Shown here one piece after another: positions 1 to 16,613 of a stretch of DNA of 64,000 nucleotides. The notes under the pieces were generated by a model that saw only the letters and a program-made list of their open reading frames with translations, made no database searches and was not told where the DNA came from. Numbering within the stretch: the first letter of the stretch is position 1; the number at the start of each line of letters is the position of its first letter. The DNA comes from the human T2T-CHM13v2.0 reference genome, Homo sapiens. Both the position numbers and the translations under genes were made by a program. The stretch lies in assembly GCF_009914755.1 (NCBI RefSeq), contig NC_060926.1, one strand, 5' to 3'.

Positions 1-189
1 ATTTTATGAAACTTACTGACATTTTAGCTGTCTTTCTCATTTTCTTTTTTAAAAGTGAAGATATTAGATTCTGTATTTTACTACCTAAGAGCTCATTTTT
101 AAATGTTAAAAATTAGTACATTGCTTAGTTTCCTAAAAAGTAATATTTGTTTTTAATCAATTATCCAATATAATCAATTGGTGAGACAG

Positions 190-560
190 AGTTAACACCA
201 TTCACTACAACTACCTCTTTCCTGAACATGCAAGAAGAATGCAATTCCTGCACTTAGGTTGAAGGCTGTATGACTGGGTTCTGGTCGATGATAAATTAAT
301 TGTAAGCTATTTCCACTCTTGGCTTTACAATTTAGCCATTCAATACTCTTAGCCTTCTAGAGAGACCTCAAAAGCCATTTATTTTAGATGATTTCACAAT
401 AAAGTACAAGCTATCTGGGCCAATTGATCACCCTTTGGAGAGGAGCCATTAACAATAGCTCTCATTAATGACTGTCAGATGATCAAAAAATCAAAGTTTA
501 CAGTGTTAAGGCTTTGAGATGTAGAGGTTGATTGTTACTGCAGCAGACTCTAGACTAGGC
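190..560 (+). mobile_element. Old MaLR LTR (MLT1-like), degraded
   Basis: 3' end 'ttaaggctttgagatgtagaggttgattgttactgcagcagactctagac' resembles the MLT1 terminus; boundaries approximate. Confidence 0.5.
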
Positions 561-2865
561 AGACATGTCAGTAAAATGAGATATTACTTCTCTGCTTCTT
601 TCTATACCTAATACAATTGTTGGCCATGTCTCTTTAATAATGATATCTCTTGACATCAGTAATTACATTGACCACTCACCACTTTAAAGAACATTTTAAG
701 AATAATTAGTGCAAATATTAATGTAAATTTCAAACTCTGCTCATTTCATGGCTGTGATATTAACATATTCATTCATTATTGACTGGATTGGCTGTTCAAT
801 TTGAGTCGCTCGAATGTTGAATATTTCCAAGAAGAATTAAAGCCTGTTTGTATTTTACTACTGTTACATAGAGGTGAAAATAAAGGCACTGCCTTAAATA
901 TTTCTATTAATCATTTGGCTCCCTTCTCATTTTCCTTAGCTGCAGGGAATTGCCCTCTGTGGGTCCTGAGGTACCCAGCACTCCTAGGTGATAATTACTT
1001 GAGATTAAAAGCCGAAGACCAACAGGCCTTAAAGTGTTTAATGGGGCAAAATAACAAGGCTGATGTAGAGACTTCTCTGAGCTTGTAGCTGAGATGGTCT
1101 GGGAAACAGATGAATCTAGCTTCCTAGGAAGGGTCCCGACCTGAACTTATGCTATTCATGTGTCAAGAAACTCGAGGAGTTGGTGAATCGACATTTCTAT
1201 TTCAGGAGCAGCTCTTGAAGAAATATGAAAAGCACTTGAAGAGGGCAGCTCTTAGAAATGTGTCAATGGACGTTTTTCATCAATTTTACTTTAAATTCAT
1301 AACATTTTCATGAGTTTGGGAGAATCTTCATGGTGACATGTGTTAGATTAATATTATACACATTTGGAATAGACCCTGGACACTATTTTTGGGCCCCAAT
1401 GCCTTGATCTCCTAGTGATAGGCTGATTGAAACACTCAACTATGAGAAAGCAGTTTCTCAGAAATTAGGAATTGAGATTTAGAGATCTTAATGAGTCTGT
1501 CTTTAGAGTGTGAGTTGAGATATATGCAAACTTTTGCTACACATCTTCTCCCATGTGGAAAGAAATATCACTGATCTACAGAGAGATAACCTTGAACAGA
1601 CATCAGCAGAGAAGTAGAAATAATAGACTACATAATCCCATAGAAAGAGACATGCAAGCGTAGCTCTTTTTGTTTCAGTTTCTAATAGCTAATTCTCTCT
1701 GACACTAAAAATGGTGGTGATTTAGTGTTTCTCTGACACTAAAAATGGTGGTGGTGATACAATTTTATAATTTGAACTTTTTTTGGTCAAAGGTGTTGAA
1801 CAACAAAACCACTAAAAAAAGAAGCATATTTAGAATTGGCTTAAAAACAATACTAAGATTAGCTTGTGTCATCTTTCTCATATTTAAATAACCAATCAGT
1901 TCCACCTTTAACCTACCATAGTGTAATTAGGCACTGGGGAATAAAATGAGTAACATGTGATATTAGACAACAATGTAACACCCAGTCAGTGGTAAATTCC
2001 ATGTAAAAATAGTTATATCATGGCTTTATGGTAAGTATGGCTATTTGTGTGACTTGGTTGGATTGGGGTCACCAGAAACTGCAAACTGAGAAATACACAA
2101 TAGATGTTTCTCCCAGTTCTTTCTCTTCTTGTTGGTCTTTTTGTAGCAAGTTTCTCTGGCAAAGGGAAAAGGAGCAATGGATGTTACGATTTGGGAAACT
2201 GCTTTCTAATTTCAATGTTCAGCAACCAGAGCGCTCACTGAGATTTATTTGCAGCAAGGAAATTGTTTGGGGAACATAATTTTTACAGGACATAACAGCA
2301 CTATATGCTTTTCACAGCTTCCACTGATAACATTTGTGACACTTAAGGGGAAAGTGCAAACTTTTACAAAGCTACAAAACAGGCCTCTAAGGGGAATGAT
2401 TTTAGTTCAGTTAATAAAAGGTCTCAGAGTATTTCAAGCTTAAAAAGGGGCAAAGAATGAAGACGAAGACATCAGGAAAATCCTACTCTCAAAATAAATT
2501 TCCCTGTATCCCAGAAGAGGGAGAGTTGAAAAGTGGCAGACTACATAAGGAACTCATGCAGGTCTTGTGGAATATTTTCTCTAACCTACTTCCATTTAAT
2601 TTTATGTTGCAGTGATACAGAGAATACTGGAAAGATTTTTTCAGGCTTCCTGCTCTTTAACTTTAAGTTAGAGTTATATTGAAGAGAAAAATAAAAGAAA
2701 GAAGGCAAAAGAAAAGAAGACATTTTAGGAACAGGTATTTCTAAAAAGGATAGGGTTATCATGAAAGCCTATGAAAGTAAAATAAAGTGCTACACATTTT
2801 GACCTTTGCCATATGGGCATTATAATTAATAAATGTAATTTTGTAGTTGAATAAGAAGGACTTTA

Positions 2866-3042
<177 letters not shown>

Positions 3043-6000
3043 TAAGTAGCTGTGAAAAATCTGGCACGTTAAATAGCTTACCTATTCCTTAGTTATAATA
3101 CTGTTAAATGAAAAACAGGAAACAAACTAAATGCTTCAAATTTAGGCGTATCTATATTACATTCAACAAAATGTATTGCATGCCTATTTGACTGTGGTAG
3201 TCACCCCACCCCCAAGATACTTTGTATAACCTTTAAAAATATTCTATAGTTGATAACAGTTTTCAGAGTATTTCTGACGATTAAACATAACATTTGGAAG
3301 CATATAACACAGTCCTAAGAATAAGACTGAGAGTCAGAATTCAAAATATCAAAACTATTTTAAATATAACTCAAGTGATAGTTAATTTAAGTTGCACTAT
3401 TTCCCGCAACACATAACTAAAATGAATAGGCTCAAAATACACTCTTGAAATAGAGATGTGTAAAGGTATGTTCAAGGAGTTGTAGATAGTAAGAGGATGG
3501 GTGAAAATTCAAACATAACATTTGTGATGTAAGTTGAGTACTGTCTCCACTTTACCAATTTTCTCATAACCTAATAAAATAATGTATAGGAAAATGTTTT
3601 CCTTTTTATAGTTTTTTATGTTTTTAAAAAATTTTTTGTAGTGTACATAGTAGGTGTGTACATGTAATGGGTACATGAGATGTTCTGATATAGGCATGTG
3701 ATGTGAAACGAGAATATCACAAAGAATGGGGCATCCATTGGCCCAAGCACCTATCCATTGAGCTGCAATGCCACCAATATTAGGTCTTATTCATTCTTTC
3801 TAACTAGTTATTTTATACCCATTAATCAGCCCAGCCCCCTACCACACTTTCCAGTCTCTGGTAACCATCCTTCTACTCTCCATGTACGTAAGTACAATTG
3901 GTTTGATTTTTAGATCCCACAAATAAGAGAGAACATGTGATGTTTGTCTTTCTGTGCCTGGTTTATTTCACTTAAAATAATGATCTCCAGTTCCATCCAT
4001 GTTGCAAATGATTGGATCTTATTTCTTTTTATGGATGAATAGTACTCCATTGTGTATATGTACTGTATTTTCTATATCCATTCGTCTGTCCATGGACACT
4101 TATGTTGCTTCCAGATCTTAGCTTATTGTAAACAGTGCTGCAACAAACATAGGAGTGCAGATATTTCTTTGATATACTGATTTCCTTTCCTTTCTACCCA
4201 GCAGTGGGATTGCCTGATCCTATGGTAGCTCTATTTTTAGTTTTTTTTTTTTTTTTTTGAGGAATCTGCAAACTGTTCTCCATAGTGGTTGTATTAATTT
4301 ACATTCCCATTAAACATACACAAGTGTTCCCTTTTCTCCACATCCTCACTAGCATTTGCTGTTGCTTGTCTTTTGGATATAAGCCATTTTAGCAGGGTTG
4401 AGATGGTATCTCATTATAGTTTTGATTTGCATTTCTCTGATAATGATTTTGAGCTCCTTTTCATATCCCTGTTTGTTATTTGTATCTCCTATTTTGAGAA
4501 AGTTCTCTTCAAATATTTTGCCCATCTTTTGATCAAATTATTAGATGTTTTCCTATAGAATGTTTGAGATCTTAATATAGTGTGGTTATTAATCCCTTGT
4601 CAGATAGGTAGTTTGCAAATATTTTCTCCCATTCTGTGGCTGTTTCTTCACTTTGTTGATTGTATGCTTTGGTGTGCAGAAGCTTTTTAACTTGACATGA
4701 TACCATTTGCTCATTTTTTCTTTGGTTGTCTGTGCTTACAGGGTATCACTCAAATTCTTGCCCAGACCAATGTCCTAAGTATTTTCCTCAATGTTTTCTT
4801 ATAGTAGTTTCATGGTTTGAGGTGTTGATGTAATTCTTTAATTCATTTTTATTTTATTTTTGTATATGGTGAGAAATAGGGGTACAGTTTCTTTCATTTG
4901 CATATAGACACCCAGTTGTCCTAGCACAATTTATTGAAGGGACTTTCCTTTCCTTACTGTTATGTTCTGGCACCTTTGTCTAAAATAAGTTACTGTAGGT
5001 GTGGGGACTGTTTTATGGGTTCTCCATTCTGTTTCATTGTTCTATCTGTCTGTGTTTATGCCAGTGCCATGCTGTTTTGGTTACAAAAGTTCTGTAGTAT
5101 AATCTGAAGCCAGGTAATTCCTCCAATTATGTTCTTTTAGCTTGGAATAGCTTTGGCTATTCTGGGTCTTTTGTGGTTCCATATAAGTTTTAAGATCTTT
5201 TTTTCTATTTCTGTGAAGAATGTCATTTGTATTTTGATAAGGATTTCATCGAATCTGTAGATTGCTTTGGTAGTATGGACATTCTAACAGTTTTGATTCT
5301 TCCAATCCATGAACATAGAATATTTTTCAATGATTTTGTATCCTCCTCAATTTTTTTCATCAGTGCTTTACAGTTTTCATTATAGACAACTTTCACTTTG
5401 TTGGTTAATTCTTAGATATTTAATTTTATGTGTGGCTAGTGTAAATTGGATTACTTTTAAATTTATTTTTCATTGTTCACTGTTGGCATATAGAAATGAG
5501 ACTGATTTTTGTATGTTGATTTTGCATCTTGAAATGAGTGAATTTGTTTATAAGTTCCAATAGTTTTCCTGTGGAGTCTTTAGGTTTTTCCAAATTTAAG
5601 ATTATATCATCTGCAAACAAGGATACTTGGACTTCTTCCTTTCCAATTTGGGTGCCCTTTATATCTTTCTCTTGTCCTACTGCTTTAGCTAGATCTTTCA
5701 GTAATATGCTGAATAACAGTGGTGACAATGGGCATTCTTATTATGTTCCAGATATTAGAGGAAGGGCTTTCAGTTTTTCTCCATTCAGTATGATGCTAAC
5801 TGTGGATTTGTTATTTATGGTTTTATTATTCTAGAGTATGTTCCTTCTAATACCAGTTTTTTGAGGGTGTTTATCATGAAGGGATGTTGAATTTTATCAA
5901 ATGTTTTTCAGCTTCAGTTGAAATGATAAGGTTTTTATCCTTCATTCTGTTGATATGATGTATCACACTGAGTGAGTTGTATATGTTGAACCATCCTTCC

Positions 6001-6120
6001 ATACCATCGACAAATCCCATGATCATGATCAATTGTCTTTCTATTGTATTGTTTAATTTGTTTGCTAGCATTTTGTTGAGAATTTTTGCACCAATATTTA
6101 CTAGAGATATTGGACTCTAG

Positions 6121-6200
6121 TTTTTCCTCTCCTCCCCTCCCCTCCTCTCCTCTTCTTTCCTTTCCTCCCTTCCTTCCTCCTTCTTTCGTTCGTTTTTGGG
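6121..6200. repeat. CT-rich low-complexity tract inside L1
   Basis: Mixed (CTCC)/(CCTT)/(TTCG) runs. Confidence 0.8.
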
Positions 6201-7586
6201 TGGCTTTGGTATTAAGGTACCCTGTACTACTTGTAGAATGAGTTTGGAAGTATTATCTCCTCCTCTGTTTTTCAAAATATTTTGAGTAGAATTGGTATTA
6301 GTTCTTCTTTAAATGTTTGCTAGAATTTAGTAGTGACGCCATTAGGTCTTGGGCTTTTACTTTTTATTACAGCTTCAATCTCGTTACTTGTTATTGGTTT
6401 GTTCAGGTTTTGGATTTCTTCCTGGTTTAATCTTGGTAGGTTGTATGTTTCTAGGAATTCATCCATTTCTTCTAGATTTTCCAATTTAATGGCATATAGT
6501 TGCTCATAGTAGCAACCAATGACCCTTTAAATTTCTGCATTATCAATTGTAATGTCTGCTTTTTCATTTCTGATTTTATTCATTTGGATCTTTTCGTTTT
6601 CATAGTCAGATTTAAGGTTTGTCAATTTTGTTTAACTTTTCAAAAAAAACATTTTTTCATTGAATTTTTAATTTTTTTTACTTCAGTTTTATTTATTTCT
6701 GCTCTAATTTTTATTATTTATTTTCCTGTGCTGGTTTTAGTTAGGTTTGCTCTTGCTTCTCCAGTTCTTCAAGGTACATCATTGGATTGTTTATTTGAAG
6801 TTTTTTTCTTTCTTTGATGTAGGCACTTATAGCTACAAAGTTCCTTATAGCTATAAAGCTTAAAGCTATAAACTTTCCTCGTAGTACTTCTTTTGCTGTA
6901 TCCCATAGGTTTTGGCATGTTATGTTATTATAATCGTTTGTTTCAAAAATATTTTCAGTTTTCTTCTTAATATCTCATTGGCCCACTGGTTATTCAGGAG
7001 GATATTGTTTAATTTCCATGTATTTCTATGATTTATAAAATTTCTCTTCTATTTAATTTGTAGTTTGATTCCATCTGAGAAGATGGATGTTATTATTTTA
7101 GCTTTGCTGAATGTTTTAAGGCTTGTTTTGTGACCTAACATGTGGTCTGTCCTTTGAGAATGATGCATATGGTGAGGGAAAAAAAAAATGTGTATTGTGC
7201 ACCCATTGGATGAAATGTTCTGTTAATATCTATTAGGTCCATTTGGCCTACAGTGCAGATTAAGTCTGTTGTTTCTTTGTTTATTTTCTGCCTGGAAGAT
7301 CTGTCCAGTGCTGAAAGTGGGGTGTTGAAGTGTCCAGCTATTATTGTATTGGGGCCTATAGCTCTCTTTACTCTAATAAAATTTCCTTTTTACATCCAGC
7401 TGCTCCCATGTCTGCTGCAAATATATTTAAACTAGTTGTATCCTTTTGCTGAATTTAACCCTTTATCATTATATAGTGACCTTCTTTGTCTCTTTTTATA
7501 GTTTTTTCTTCAAATCTCTTTTGTCTGCTGTAAGATTAGCAACTCTTGCTCTGTTTTGGTTTCCACTGGCATGAAATTTCCTTTTT

Positions 7587-9733
<2,147 letters not shown>

Positions 9734-9737
9734 TGTG

Positions 9738-10345
9738 GCACATCTAAAAAAAAGCTTATCCACCGTGATCAAGTTGGCTTCATCCCTGAAATGCAAGGCT
9801 GTTTTAATATATGCAAATTAATAAACATTATCTATCACATAAACAGAACCAATGACAAAAACCACATGATTATGTCAATAGATACAGAAAGGACTTTGAT
9901 AAAATTCAACATCCCTTCATTTTAAAAACTCTCAATAACTAGGTATTGATGGAATGTATCTCAAAATAATAAGAGCTATTTATGACAAACCCACAGCCAA
10001 TATCATACTGAATGAGCAAAAGCAGGAGGCATTCCCTTTGAAAACTGGCACAAGAAAAGGATGCCCTCTCTCACCACTTCTATTCAACATAGTATTGATA
10101 GTTCTCACCAGGGCAATCAGGCAAGAGAAATAAATAAGGTGTATTCAAATAGGGAGAGAGGAAGTCAAATTGTCTCTGTTTGCAGATGATATGATCCTAT
10201 ATTTAGAAAATCTCATTGTCTCAGCCCAAATACTCCTTAAGTTGATAAGCAACTTTGGTAAAGTCTCAGGATACAAAATCAATGTGCAAAAATTACAAGC
10301 TTTCCTATCCACCAACAATAGACAATCAGAGAGTCATATCATGGA
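9738..10345 (+). mobile_element. L1PA 5'-inverted segment (ORF2 RT region)
   Basis: Sense ORF2 including [13 protein letters not shown] (ORF 10170); contiguous in the L1 consensus with the antisense segment; TSD CATG(A/G)AATTT at 7570-7579 and 10340-10349. Confidence 0.9.
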
Positions 10346-11500
10346 ATTTTTTTCATCCCTTTATTTTCAGTCTATGTGCATCTTTATAGGTGAAGTGTGT
10401 TTCTTTTGGGCAACAGATCAGTGGATTTTATTTTTTCATTTATTCAGCCAATCTATGTCTTTTGAGTGGAGAGTTTAGTCCATTTGCATTCAATGTTATT
10501 AATAAGTAAGGACTTACTCCTGCTGAATTATTATTTGTTTTCTGCTTTTCTTGTGATCTTCACTTCTTTCTTAAATTTATCTGTCTTCCTCTAGTTATGA
10601 TGATTTTTCTCTTGTGATTTCATGTAGTCTTGCTTTTAATTTTTTGTGTATCCATTGTATGTTATTTTATTTGAGGTTACCATGAAGTTTGCAAATACTA
10701 TCTTTTAATTCATTGTAATTTGATAACAACTTAACACTATTTGTATAAACAAACAAGGAAGCAAAAAGAAAGTTAGAAAAACTTGCCTTATAAAAGTTAT
10801 AAAAACTTTGTCACCCCACTTTTTAATTTTTTGCTTTTTCTATTTATATTTTGTTGCACTGTGTGTTGAAAAGTTGTAGTTATTATTTTTGATTAGTTCA
10901 TCATTTAGTGTTTCTACTTAGAGTAAGAGTAGTTTACACACCGCATTTACAGTGCTATAATATTCTTTGTTTTTCTGTGTACTTACTATTACCAGTAAGA
11001 TGTTTTCTTTCTTTTTTTTACCTTCAGGTGATTATTTATTGCTCATTAATGTCCTTTTCTCTCTGACTGAAGTACTCTCTTAAGCATTTATTGTAGGACA
11101 TGTCTGCTTTTGATGAAATCCCTCAGCTTTTGTGTGTATAGGAAAGGCTTTATTTCTCCATCAGGATAAAATGATATTTCTGCCAGATATTCTACTACAG
11201 GGCAAAAGGTTTTTACCTGCAGCACTTTAAACATGTCATGCCACCCTCTCTTGGCCTGTAAGGTTTCCACTGAAAAGTCTGCTGCCAGATGTATTGGAGC
11301 TCAATTGTATGTTATTTTTTTTCTCTTGCTGCTTTTGGGATCCTTCTTTATCTCTGACCTTTGAAATTCTGATTATTAAATGCCTTGTTGCAGTCTTCTT
11401 TGGGTTAAATCTTCTTGGTGTTCTATAACCTCCCTGTACCTGGATGTTGATATGTTTCTCTAGGTTTAGGATGTTTTCTGTCATTATACTTTTGAATAAA

Positions 11501-11726
11501 CTTTCTACCCCGTCTCTTTCTCTACCTTCTCATTAAGGCCAATAAAGCTTAGATTTGCCCTTTTGAGGTTATTTTCTAGAGCTTGTAGGCATGCTTTTTT
11601 AATTCTTTTTTTTCTTTCTACCCCTATCTTTTTCTCCACCTTCTCGTAAAGACCAGTAAAGCTTAGATTTGCAATTTTGAGGTTATTTTCTAGAGGTTGT
11701 AGGCATGTTTTTATTCTTTCTTTTTC
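11501..11726. repeat. Old tandem duplication (~113-bp period, 2 copies) within L1 ORF1 region
   Basis: CTTTCTACCC...AAAGCTTAGATTTG...TTTTGAGGTTATTTTCTAGAG...TGTAGGCATG starts at 11501 and again at 11614. Confidence 0.9.
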
Positions 11727-12600
11727 TTTTTTATTCTCTGAATATATTTTTAAATATCTTGTGTTTAAGCTGACTAATTATTTATTCTCCTTGATCCATT
11801 CTGCTGTTAAAGGACTCTGATGTATTCTTCAGTATGTCAATTGCATTATTTAGCTCCACAATTTCTGCTTGACTCTTTTTAATTATTTCAATCTCTTTGT
11901 TAAATTTATCTGATAGAATTCTGAATTATTTATCTGTGTTATCTTCAATTTCTTTGTTTCCTCAACACAGCTATTTTGAATTCTCTGTCTGAAAGGTCGC
12001 ATCTATTTGTTTCTCCAGGATTAGTCCCTGGTGACTTATTTAGTTCATTTAGTGAGATCACGTTTTTCTGTATGATCCTGATACTTGTAGATGTTTGTCT
12101 GTATCTGGTCATTTAAGAGTGAGGTATTTATTGTAGTCTTCACTATCTGGGTGTGTTTGTACCTATCTTTCTTGGGAAGGCTTTCCAGATATTTAAAAGG
12201 AGTTGAGTGTTTTAATCTAAGCTGATTTTGCTTTAGAGGGCACCTCAAGTCCAGTAACACTGTGGTTTTTGCATACTTGTAGGGGTACTGCCTTGATGGT
12301 CTTGGACAAGATTGAGGATAATTCTCTGGGTTACCAAGCAGAGACTCTTGTTCTCTTCCCTTAATTTCTCCAAGACCAAGTTTCTGTCTCTCTTTTTCTA
12401 AGCCACCTAACACTGGGGGTGGAGTGACAGACACAAGCACCTCTGTGGCCACCATCACTATTACTGCTCTGGGTCAGAGCTGAAGCCAGCACCGTGCTGA
12501 AGGCCTGCTATAACTACTCTTTGGCTACTATTTATGTCCACTCAAGGCCCAGGGAATCTACAATAGGCATGTGGTAAAACCAGCTAGGCATGTGTCCTCT

Positions 12601-12976
12601 TGTATTAGTCTGTTTTTACACTGCCATGATGAAATACCTGAGAATGGGTAATTTATAAAGGAAAAAGGTTTAATTGACTCATTGTTCCGTGTTGCTGAGA
12701 AGGCCTCAGGAAACTTATAATCATGGTGGAAGACAAAGGAGAGACAGACACCTTCTTCACAGGGCAGCAGAATGGAGTCAATGCAAGCAGGGGAAATGCC
12801 AGATGCTTATAAAATCATCAGATATTGTGATATTCACTCATTATCATGAGAACAGCATGCGGGAACTGCCCCCATGATCTAATTACTTCCCACCTGGTCC
12901 CTCCCATGACACGTGCGGATTACGTGAACTACAAGTCAAGATGAGATTTGGATGGCGACACAGCAAAACCATATCA
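12601..12976 (-). mobile_element. THE1C/THE1D solo LTR (ERVL-MaLR)
   Basis: TGTATTAGTC...AAACCATATCA termini; internal GCAAGCAGGGGAAATGCCAGATGCTTATAAA; interrupts the L1 5' UTR. Confidence 0.9.
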
Positions 12977-14343
12977 CTTCCCCTTCAGGGAGGTGAAATC
13001 CCTTATCCTAAGGTGGGTCCAGAAGTGCCATCTAGGAGTCAGAAACTAGAGTAAAAAACCTTAGAATTCTTCCTGGTGTTCTATTGTATTGTGGGCTGAG
13101 CTGGCAACTCACACCACAAAATACAGTTCTTCCTGCTCTTCTCTCCCATTTCAGAAGGGAGACAAGCCTCGCCCCATAGGCACCACCACTCCTGGTCAGA
13201 AAGAGTACTGCCAAGCTACCACTAATGTTCTCTTAATGCCTAAGGTCTCTTAAGTCAGCTTGTGAATGCTGCCTGGCCTGGGACTCACCCTTCATAACAG
13301 TGGGCTCCCCCATGGCTCAGGGCAGGTCCAGAAATGCTGTCCAAGATTTAAGTCCTGGAATTAGGAACCCAAAAGCCCACTTGGTGTTCTACCCACCAAG
13401 GCCATGCTGGTACCTAAGGTGCAAGACGAAGTCCTTTTTACTTTCCCCTCTGCTTTTCTCAAGCAGAAGGCCTGTTGCCCCATATCCACCACAGCTGGTA
13501 AGGTTCTGAGTCTCACCTGAAGCCAGCAAGTCTCAGAGGCTCACCAAGGCCCTTGATGTAGTACCTGGATATTGTTGCTGATTATTTAGAGCCCTAGGGC
13601 TCTTCAGTTAGCAGTAAGGCAGTGGGTTCCCTTCTAGCCAAGGGTGTATCTGGAAATGTAATCTGGGAGCTAGGGCCTAAATAAGGGGCCTTATGATTCT
13701 GACAGGTGCCTATCCTGCCATGGCTGAGCTGGTATCTAAGATGCAAGACAAAGTCCTCCTCATTCTTTTCTCTCCTCCCCTCAAGCAAAAGGAAGAGATA
13801 TCTTTTGGAGCTTCCGTAACCTGGAGTTAGGGAAGGGGTAATGCCAGGACTCCTCCGGCTGCCTCAGTATGTCTCAGTATATTGCCTGTGCCCCACACAG
13901 TCCACCGTCTCTGGGACTACTTCAGCCTTAGGACACACCTAAGAGCTTCAGCTTCAGTCCTTACAGCCTACCTAGACTGTCTTTCAACTTTACTTAAAGA
14001 CTGAGTGCACTTTGGCCCTGGGTGGTGAGGTTTGTGGGCACTCAAGTTTTCACCACTGGGGGAGATAATTCCCCTCTGGCTAGGGTTGGTTTAAACGCCC
14101 CTTCTGTGGGCAGGCAACAATTGAGTTTGGTCCAGTACTCCTTGCTTCTCTAACAAAACAGCAATAAGTTCTATGCCTCACAATTGCTGTTTTCTCCTCC
14201 GCATGACCAAGAGAAGCTCTCTGCACCAAGCCTCCGCTACCAGGGGTGGGCGGTGGTGGTAGGGGTGCCGTCAAGGATTCTGGCCTGTTTTTTAAAAATC
14301 TCTTCATTGCCTCTTTTAGCGATATGAAGTTAAAACCAGGTAC

Positions 14344-14703
<360 letters not shown>

Positions 14704-14836
14704 TTATCGGTGTAGATAGCTGTTAACTTGGTGTCCTTGTGAGGGGGACAATCAGTGGAACTTTCTAGTCACCATCTTGCTCCACCTCTGTGTGAAAATG
14801 TTTTCTTAAGTGAAAAATAGTACAAAGTGTCTATCT

Positions 14837-15062
14837 GATAGTGACAGGAGACAGACAAATTTCCAGGTAGACAGGGATGGGTCACCTGTGAAACCCAACC
14901 TTCAAGTCAAAGGTGGCCTGAAACCTAAAAGTCGAACTTCTTGTTCTGGATAGAATCCATGAACAGAGTGAAAACTTTTATCCCTGTCTCACCCTCTCTC
15001 TCTCGATTGGTTCCTTTGAGATGATGCCTTTTAACCATTTGAATGGTGCTTTTTCCAAGACC
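14837..15062 (+). mobile_element. ERV1-class LTR 5' fragment (MER50/LTR29-like)
   Basis: TGATAGTGACAGGAGACAGACAAATT...GTGAAACCCAACCTTCAAG start motif. Confidence 0.65.
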
Positions 15063-15252
15063 ATAAGAAAGCTGAAATGCTTTGACTATATGTTAAAGAC
15101 AGATGGTATAAATGTGATTTGGGGAGAGAGGTGGAAGTGGGGCAAATCAACTAAGCTGTCAGCCTCAGAATTGCAAAGAAAGCAGACTGGGAACTCACAT
15201 ATATTGTGGAAGCCTTGGTAGCTAGCAGTTGTCTCTTCTCTTCTCTTGTCTG

Positions 15253-15254
<2 letters not shown>

Positions 15255-15340
<86 letters not shown>
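15255..15340. repeat. Compound microsatellite (TG)14(TA)10(GA)14GG(GA)4
   Basis: Read directly from the sequence. Confidence 0.97.
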
Positions 15341-15343
<3 letters not shown>

Positions 15344-16291
15344 TTCAGAAGCATTGGCCCATTAGGAAAGTTAAATATTTGTCTATTAATTCCTGTTAGG
15401 GCCATAATTTTCACATTGAGTCTGATTATAGCATTAAAGCTGCTTATCATACAATCAATAATAAAACACAGTTTTACAGTCTATTCTGTATTATGAGAAA
15501 ATGAGAACTATACTTGGGCTGATTTTCAAGTGTGCATCATTTACCATAGGAACACTCTAAATATGTTCCTGCTCCATTTTTTTTTTATTGAAGCTGGATG
15601 CAATATATGGAGACTATAGTTTATCTGCAATGTGGTAACCTTAACAGGTAAGCACTAGAGAAAAGAGTAGATTTATATAAGGAATCACTTTGAGCTTAAC
15701 AATATTGAATAAACTTTATATTTTGAAAAGAAAAAAAAAGACTGAATGTGATTTACAATGTTTATGATACTTACTTTACTGTAAGGAATTGTTATATTCA
15801 TTAACATTTTTTCTTCCCACTTTTGCTTTTTCACTTTTTTTTTTGAATATAAAATTTCTTTCCTGAATGGGCATAAGCAAAAATACGGGCAGAAAGATCA
15901 GGCAAATTTGTACTATTTTGGCCACCTTAGGGATTATGCCTTCTCTAAAGGTAGAGGAGTTGCCAATCAGATTTTTCAAAATCCATCAGGTTATGTTAGT
16001 GTCCAGTGTCTGTTAAGGTCAGGTTCCAGGTAGGGGCAACCCCTTTTACCTATCGTACCCTATTAGTTAAGCACATCTAAAGATACCCCAATATATTCTT
16101 CCTCTTATATATCTGGCCCTTACTGGTAGAGTCTAAGTCACTCATCTTGTAGTAGTAGGGTCTGAGCACTGTGCTCTATGCTGCATGTTCACCTTGCCTT
16201 AGGATGGATAAATCCAACCAAAGGCATCACCACAGACCTAGACATCTTAGACTTAAGGGAGAAGAAGTAGGATGCAAGAGGCTGGCGCGAA

Positions 16292-16613
<322 letters not shown>

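Noticed and set aside
801-1320. 95-aa ORF and an acceptor-like TTTCTATTTCAG followed by EQLLKKYEKHLKR...
   Set aside because: Non-ATG start, no convincing matching donor, no recognisable protein
12045-12458. 137-aa minus-strand ORF
   Set aside because: Lies in the L1MA 5' UTR/ORF1 boundary; decayed repeat
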